From: Candidatus Eremiobacteria bacterium
GTDB lineage: Bacteria > Vulcanimicrobiota > Vulcanimicrobiia > Vulcanimicrobiales > Vulcanimicrobiaceae
Reading direction: 5' to 3'
Assembly: GCA_963758295.1 (NCBI GenBank)
Contig: CAVWUU010000004.1
Location: 512,001-576,000, forward strand
Length of the DNA stretch: 64,000 nucleotides
The notes under the pieces were generated by a model. It saw only the letters and a program-made list of their open reading frames with translations, did no database searches and was not told where the DNA came from. Shown in pieces: positions 58,461 to 64,000 of this stretch (positions are counted from its first letter, which is position 1; every line of letters starts with the position of its first letter). Made by a program: the position numbers and the translations under genes.

Positions 58461-59046
58461 GGTCGGGGAGGTCCTTAAAAGACTGCTTGACGCGGTATTC
58501 GCTGGAAGGATAGCGCGAGCGAAGATTGGCCCACTGGGTCAAGAGTTCGTCGCTATCGGGATCCCGGCGATAGCGTGTTACGCCCAGATAGTACTGCGCT
58601 TCCGGTGCCGCGTAGCTCGTGGAGAAGCGGCGCAGTACATCCAGATAGCACGCCTCCGCCTTCTCGAACCGCTTCAGGCGCAGATATCCCAGGCCGAACG
58701 CGGTGAGCAAACGCGCGACGTATTCCGCCGGCGGTAAAAATCCATCCCAACGATACAATTCATATCCATCGCTGCTCAAAATCCTAACGTCCGGCGTCCA
58801 GATGTGATGGATGCTATGCAAAAAATGATTGTTCTTTGCGTCGGAGTTGTCGATCTGTACGGGGATAGCGTGCGAGGCGATCGCTTCTTGCACGAATTTT
58901 TGTGGATACGTCACGGCATCCAGCGCTTGGCATCCCCCTCAACCAGGGTTGAACACATCCAATAAAACGAATTTGTGTTCGTCCCGCGCATGTTCGAGCG
59001 CCGGCTCGTAGTCGAGCTGCCAAAACGGCAATACTTCGGTGGCCAT
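58450..59046 (-). CDS. Thioredoxin-fold/TPR selenoprotein (UxxC), 198 aa
   Basis: ATG 59046; LLDVFNPG-TGA(58941-58939)-GGCQALDAVTYP in frame with ORF 58450-58914; WTP cis-Pro motif, GFLPP, TPR-like APEAQYYLG. Confidence 0.85.
58903..58922 (-). promoter_or_regulatory. Candidate bacterial SECIS hairpin
   Basis: UGGAUGC-CGUGAC-GUAUCCA beginning 16 nt 3' of the UGA. Confidence 0.55.
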
Positions 59047-59052
59047 TCGTAC

Positions 59053-59436
59053 CTACTTCTTCTTATGCTTGGCGCGCGTTGCGGCGGCTTTTTTTGCTGC
59101 CTTCTTCGCGACGCCGGTGCGTTTGCGGGTCGCTGCGCCTTTGCGCGCGCTTTCCTTGCGATGCTTTTGAGGGTGTACGCCGAGATCGGACGCCGACTTC
59201 TCCGAGAGATCGACGTCGTAGTACTCGGCGGCTTTCTTTATGTTTGCGAACGCCATTTGACGCTCGGCACTCGAAACATCGATGACCTGATCGAATCGCG
59301 CGACGGCGTTGCGCACGTGCTTCGCGTCGGTCAGCGGCTCCTTGCGCTCTTTGGGGAACGCGAAGACGCTATCGGGCAAATCGCTCTGGCGCGTGAGCCG
59401 GCCGTGTTTTTCGTGCGGTTTCCACGTTGCTCTCAT
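59053..59436 (-). CDS. DUF6582-like basic protein
   Basis: LPDSVFAFPKERKEPLTDAKHVRNAVARFDQV; Lys/Ala-rich tail. Confidence 0.7.
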   Translation of the reverse strand: MRATWKPHEKHGRLTRQSDLPDSVFAFPKERKEPLTDAKHVRNAVARFDQVIDVSSAERQMAFANIKKAAEYYDVDLSEKSASDLGVHPQKHRKESARKGAATRKRTGVAKKAAKKAAATRAKHKKK

Positions 59437-59471
59437 GCAGTATTCATACCCATGTCAGGAGTCAGGCTCGT

Positions 59472-59735
59472 TTAGCTGCGCTTGTTCACGGTGGCGTACG
59501 CGATGCGCTTCGCTTCCGCTTCCGATTTGCCGCGGTCTTCTTCCGACTCCATGATGTGTTCGGCTTGGCGCTTTTCTTTGGCGGTGTAGCGGTGTGCGTC
59601 CGGATTTTGCTTGTTGACGGTGGCGTAACCGATACCTTCGGCCTCATCCGGTGAGATGCCGCGCGCTTCCTCGCTTTCGGCGATGTGCTCGACCTGCCGG
59701 TGTTCTTTTGCGGTGTATCGATGTTTTTTCGGCAT
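59472..59735 (-). CDS. Small protein made of two 43-aa repeats
   Basis: HRYTAKE.RQ.EHI.ESEE.RG.S..EA..I.YATVNK occurs twice. Confidence 0.75.
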   Translation of the reverse strand: MPKKHRYTAKEHRQVEHIAESEEARGISPDEAEGIGYATVNKQNPDAHRYTAKEKRQAEHIMESEEDRGKSEAEAKRIAYATVNKRS

Positions 59736-59763
59736 GGTGCTGTTTTTCCCAAAGTTATGGTGT

Positions 59764-59796
59764 GATGCGCCTGCCCTTCGACAAGCTCAGGGTGAC
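59764..59796. repeat. Single REP copy
   Basis: GATGCGCCTGCCCTTCGACAAGCTCAGGGTGAC. Confidence 0.8.
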
Positions 59797-59976
59797 GAAT
59801 GAATGGCGCGATGCGCGAATTAAGGGAAACAATAAGAGCCGGAAGACGCGGCCAATGCCCGACGGAGGCGGCAATTGCGAAGGCGTCTGCTCGAACGTCT
59901 CCGTCGCCTATCACATGCGCTGGAAGAACGCTTCTCTTTGGCAAGGTCGCGAAATGCGCTTCTTGAACGGCTTCCC

Positions 59977-60910
59977 ATGCGTTTGACGCTGCGGCTCTTC
60001 GCGATCCGAGTGCTTCCGGCTGTTTTGTGCGTTCTGCTAGCACAATCGACCGCAACGGCGGCGCAGCCAGCGAGCGCAGTTTCGTTTCCGTTTAAGTATC
60101 TGAACCATGAGGTCGTCGTTGACGTCCGCGTCGGCAGCTCGGGGCCGTACCACTTTTTGCTCGACACCGACACATCGCCGTCGGGAATCGATCTGGCGCT
60201 GGCGCGCAGGTTGCGGCTGCCATTGAGCCGGCCCGCGGGGAACGGCTCCGGCATTGGCAGCGGGACGCTGACGGCGATTCCGCTGGTAATTCCACGCATG
60301 AGCGTCGGCGGGTTGCCGGTGACGAACCTTGACGCACTCGCGTTCGATCTCTCCAAACTAAGCGCGCAGTTTGGCGGCCGCATCGCCGGCGTGCTGGGTA
60401 CGAGCTTTTTCAATCATCGCGTCGTGCAGATCGACTACCCGTGCCGGCGGGTTTCCATTTTGCCGGATGCGTTGCTTCAACCGTACACTGCGCGCTTTTT
60501 CAGTGATGAGAACGGGATCGGCACCGGGGAAGACCTCTCGAGCGACGTTTGCGTAAACGGGCGCCGAATCGTTGCGACGTTCGATACCGGTGATTCGGGC
60601 GAGTCGTTCGTGACGGCCTAAGGGCATTGGGGATTTGCATCTAGAGGCGCAGGTGCGAGCCGGAAAAGTTTCGCTTGCGCACGGCTTCTCGGGCGCGGCA
60701 ATGGAACGGCACGGCAGATTGGACCACGTAAGCATTGGGCCGTATTCGTTTGCGAGGATTGGCACGCGGTTCATTCCCTCAGCAGACGATCCGTTCGACG
60801 TGAACTTCGGAAACAAGACGCTTCAGCATTTCGTCGCAACCTTCGACTACCAGCGCGGCCTGCTCACTCTTGAGAAGCCGCGCGCCTGTACTTCTCCACC
60901 GCCGCCATAG
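59977..60910 (+). CDS. Secreted double retropepsin-like aspartyl protease; indel near 60618
   Basis: YHFLLDTDTS, GVLG..FF....VQIDY, second ATFDTGDS, continues in frame 60635 to TFDY..G.L.L. Confidence 0.7.
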
Positions 60911-60937
60911 CGGACCGCGGCGGGAATAAGCCGCAGC

Positions 60938-61549
60938 ATGAGGCTGGATGCAGGTACCGAGCCGATGCTTCTTACCGACGGAGCACCGAGCGCGATTCCG
61001 GTAAGCGATGAGTGGATCTATGAAGTGAAGTTCGACGGCTTTCGCGTGTTGATGTGCCGCAGTGACGGCGACTCGCGCTTAGTGAGCCGTAAAGGCTTTA
61101 ACTTTACTCGGCACTTTCCGTCGCTGGCCCAGGCCGCGCGAACGTTGGCCGATTGGGATACGATTCTCGACGGTGAAGTGATCGCGCACGACGGCACGAT
61201 CGCGTCATTCAACGAACTGCGGCGTTGGCATGGATATAAGCACGCGCAAGATGCCCACGTGACCTTCATCGCCTTCGACATCTTACGCGCCGGAGGAGCG
61301 ATGCTTGTCGATTTGCCGCTGCGCGAACGTCGCGCTGAACTCGAACGCGTTGCGAGCGGCGTTCCGGAGATCGTCATCAGCCATTGGTTCTCCGATGGGC
61401 GCACGCTGTATGAAGAGGCCGTGGACCGCGGCTACGAGGGCGTGATTGGCAAGAGGCTCGACTCGAAATACGAACCCGGGCGGCGATCGCGGAACTGGGT
61501 GAAGTACAAGAGTGCCGATGCGAAGGCGATGGTTCGCGAGCGGTTTTAG
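60938..61549 (+). CDS. ATP-dependent DNA ligase adenylation domain only (LigD-like, no OB fold)
   Basis: EVKFDGFR, LDGEV, AFDIL, EGVIGK, YEPGRRSRNWVKYK, then a stop 12 aa later. Confidence 0.8.
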   Translation: MRLDAGTEPMLLTDGAPSAIPVSDEWIYEVKFDGFRVLMCRSDGDSRLVSRKGFNFTRHFPSLAQAARTLADWDTILDGEVIAHDGTIASFNELRRWHGYKHAQDAHVTFIAFDILRAGGAMLVDLPLRERRAELERVASGVPEIVISHWFSDGRTLYEEAVDRGYEGVIGKRLDSKYEPGRRSRNWVKYKSADAKAMVRERF

Positions 61550-61575
61550 TTCTACACCGGCTCTGGCGGCGGTGA

Positions 61576-61675
61576 GATGCGCATGTCCTTCGACGGGCTC
61601 AGGATGACGAGGGTTCGGTGACGCTGTGGGCGGTGGTGAGATGCGCGCGTCGTTCGACACGCTCAGGATGACGAG
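61576..61675. repeat. Two direct REP copies
   Basis: GATGCGC..GTC(C/G)TTCGAC..GCTCAGGATGACG twice, between convergent genes. Confidence 0.8.
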
Positions 61676-61680
61676 CAGAC

Positions 61681-63093
61681 TTACCGAACCGGAATCGCGT
61701 GCATCGTTCGGCCGTTTTGCATAACGGTTAGGCCGATGGCGTTACCTGCTCCGTCAAGATGGAAGGTCAGCTGCACGTTCAACTGATCCAAAGAGTAACG
61801 GTTACGGCTAAGGGGCTTTAGCTTTGCGGGTGTTGCCGTCGAGACCCAAATGTACAAATCACCCCGGTATTTGAAGATATCGATGGTTGGCCGACCCTTC
61901 GTTATCACGTAGGTACCGCTTAGCGGAGACGGATCTTTTTTCACGAGCGCCCACAGAATCGGCATTCTTGCCGTGGAAGGCGATACGGCGTGTGAAATGA
62001 CTTGCTGAAAGTCGTCGTCGTTCACGTTCGTCATCGCAACGATGCCCCAACCTCCGTTGCGATCCATTGCGATGAACGATGAGTAGCCGTCGGTATTTCC
62101 ACCCTTTTCAACAGAACCCGACGGGAGATCTCCAAGGTCATCCGGCACGCGGTGTGTCGGCGCCAGTACCGTTTGCCATGCCAGTCCCATCGTCATGTTC
62201 CATTCCGGAACCGGCGTACGCGGCTGCTGAGCGAAAGCGAAAGCACGGCCCAACGCGCCGTAAGGCGCATCAAGGTTCGCCTTCAGGAAGACCAGCATAT
62301 CTTTCAGGTCGCTTTCCATCGAACCGGCTGGGGCGCCGCCGGGCCCTATTGACTCCGCGTGGGCCGGAGCGCCACCGTATTGGAAAGAGGGCGGCATCCG
62401 TTTTTTCGTTGTGGCGGAGCCGGTTACCACGGTGTCGTCCATCTGAAGCGGGCGAAGTATCCGCCCCTCAATGAGATCGTCAAACAAAGCGCCGGCCTTC
62501 CGCTCAAGTATCTCACCTAATACCGCATAGCCGAAATTCGAGTAGTCCCATTTCGAGCCGGGCAACCGGTTCAGCGTCGTGTTAGACAAGGCGTAATTGA
62601 GTAACGCGATCGAGTAGGTGCTCTCGTTAGCGTCAGACATATTTGGTGGATTGCCGGGCAACGCAGACGTATGATTCGCAAGATCCAGCACTGTGATGGG
62701 ATGTCCGCGGTACACCGGTGCTCTTACGCTGGGTGAAAGATATTGCTGGATCGGATCGTTCAGCCGTACTTCTCCCGCGTTCACCATTTGAGCCAGCACC
62801 GTCGCCGTGAACAGTTTGGTAATGGAGCCGATTTGAAACGGGGTTCGGTCGTCCAATGCCTCATGTGCCCCAGAACCTCGCACCATATACGTTGTCTCGC
62901 GGCCATCCCTGACCAATCCGAAGGCGACCACTGCGTAGGGATGAGCGCGCACGTAGGTTTCAAGCGTCTTGCGAATGACGAGTCCTGAGGGTCCGTCAGT
63001 GCTAGAAGCACGGCTCATGACCGGAACGATAAGCGCCTCAGCGGCACCTGCAATAAACAACAGCGCCAGAGCGATTTTCGATGGTTTCCACAT
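61681..63093 (-). CDS. Serine hydrolase, beta-lactamase class C-like family
   Basis: FQIGSITK (SxxK), LANHTS, YSNFGY, KGGNTDGY. Confidence 0.85.
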   Translation of the reverse strand: MWKPSKIALALLFIAGAAEALIVPVMSRASSTDGPSGLVIRKTLETYVRAHPYAVVAFGLVRDGRETTYMVRGSGAHEALDDRTPFQIGSITKLFTATVLAQMVNAGEVRLNDPIQQYLSPSVRAPVYRGHPITVLDLANHTSALPGNPPNMSDANESTYSIALLNYALSNTTLNRLPGSKWDYSNFGYAVLGEILERKAGALFDDLIEGRILRPLQMDDTVVTGSATTKKRMPPSFQYGGAPAHAESIGPGGAPAGSMESDLKDMLVFLKANLDAPYGALGRAFAFAQQPRTPVPEWNMTMGLAWQTVLAPTHRVPDDLGDLPSGSVEKGGNTDGYSSFIAMDRNGGWGIVAMTNVNDDDFQQVISHAVSPSTARMPILWALVKKDPSPLSGTYVITKGRPTIDIFKYRGDLYIWVSTATPAKLKPLSRNRYSLDQLNVQLTFHLDGAGNAIGLTVMQNGRTMHAIPVR

Positions 63094-63127
63094 GGAGCGA
63101 TCGTACTTTAAAGCGCAAGCAAAAGAA

Positions 63128-63157
63128 CCTGAACAAGGTCATATGACGTTGTTCAGG
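63128..63157. promoter_or_regulatory. 30-bp palindrome, candidate response-regulator operator
   Basis: CCTGAACAAG-GTCATATGAC-GTTGTTCAGG (one mismatch), between the divergent hydrolase and kinase genes. Confidence 0.6.
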
Positions 63158-63204
63158 AGGTTCAAAGCAAACGTCTACCGGATGAAACCGTTGTGTTAGA
63201 ACGT

Positions 63205-64000
63205 ATGAGATCGGAGCCTCTGCGCGCCCTCATCGCCCTCGAATGGATTGCGATGATCTCGGCGTTCATGCTCGATATCATCTTTGTGCTTGCGCATGTC
63301 AACAGCAACCCCAAAGATCCGCGCTCGCTCGCAATCTTCATTGCGGTTTTTTGTGTCGCCGCGGCGGCGATCTTCAGTTGTCCGCATACGCCCCACCGTC
63401 GCTATTTCGCCGTGGTAATCGCATTATTGGCCAGCGGCGCCCTAATGGACGTTCCAACACAGACGTCGTCATCGCTCTTCTTGCTCCTCATCCTTGCGGC
63501 ACGCCTCACGTTTGCTTTTGGGTCCCGGGGCGCCGCCCTCGCGTGGGCAGTCGGTGTGATAAGCGAAGTTGCGGGAATAGCCTGGGACTATGCGATGAAA
63601 CCGACGGAGAGCAATCTCACACAGGCTTCGGCAAGTGCTTTTCTTTGGGGCCTCTTGTTTACGTTCTTCTTCGGACTCATCGGCATCATGTCGCTGTACG
63701 CCAGAAAAAGCATCGAAACGGCGACCGAGGCTGAGCGCACGCGGATTGCTCTGGACCTTCACGATTCGCTTGGTCATACGCTTACCACGCTGAACGTTCA
63801 CCTGCAGAATGCCATCGCTCTTAACGAGGTCGATAAACAAAAGACGCGGCTGTATTTAGAGCGAGCCGGCAATCTCGCGATTAGCGCCCTCGACGATGTG
63901 CGCGAGACCGTGACGATTCTCCACGACGATGATGCGGAACAATTTCCTGTTACGCAATTGCTTGAGCAACTACGCACGGATTTTACTGCGGCGCTTTCGA
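63205..64000 (+). CDS. Membrane sensor histidine kinase (HisKA_3, NarX/DesK-like), runs off the window
   Basis: Manual translation: multi-TM N-terminus, then ERTRIALDLHDSLGHTLT. Confidence 0.85.
   Translation, partial: MRSEPLRALIALEWIAMISAFMLDIIFVLAHVNSNPKDPRSLAIFIAVFCVAAAAIFSCPHTPHRRYFAVVIALLASGALMDVPTQTSSSLFLLLILAARLTFAFGSRGAALAWAVGVISEVAGIAWDYAMKPTESNLTQASASAFLWGLLFTFFFGLIGIMSLYARKSIETATEAERTRIALDLHDSLGHTLTTLNVHLQNAIALNEVDKQKTRLYLERAGNLAISALDDVRETVTILHDDDAEQFPVTQLLEQLRTDFTAALS

Noticed and set aside
60600..60640. Stop-codon readthrough in the aspartyl protease
   Set aside because: The downstream part is in a different frame; a one-base insertion explains it.

Overview
GC-rich bacterial chromosomal window. 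The protein style (many ACGGGG-type lipoproteins, Vgb-like propellers, TonB receptors with Pro/Ser/Thr linkers, DUF5069) suggests Eremiobacterota/Vulcanimicrobiota, but this is inference only. Single-base indels break several genes at about 3-6 kb and 44-61 kb, including rpoB, and look like long-read consensus errors. Main points: (1) rpoB and rpoC lie about 28 kb apart. Each has its own sigma70 promoter and terminator, and their 5' leaders share a hairpin/U-tract motif. (2) A multi-pass membrane leader ORF ending in the RAPP ribosome-arrest motif sits 24 nt upstream of a TonB-dependent receptor, and the codons leading into RAPP can pair with the receptor's SD/AUG, suggesting a stalling-controlled uptake switch. 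(3) A lanthanide-type PQQ methanol dehydrogenase operon (xoxF-xoxJ-NAD(P) dehydrogenase-DUF5069-cytochrome c) faces an atypical response regulator and a second TonB receptor across a palindromic operator. (4) A UxxC thioredoxin-fold/TPR selenoprotein with a SECIS-like hairpin is missed by the ORF track. (5) A 5'-truncated Eco57I-like N6 DNA methyltransferase is coupled to an EVE-domain gene. (6) There are two tandem arrays and several single copies of a CGTC-tagged REP-like palindrome with stem covariation. No CRISPR array, tRNA, rRNA, integrase or transposase was seen.
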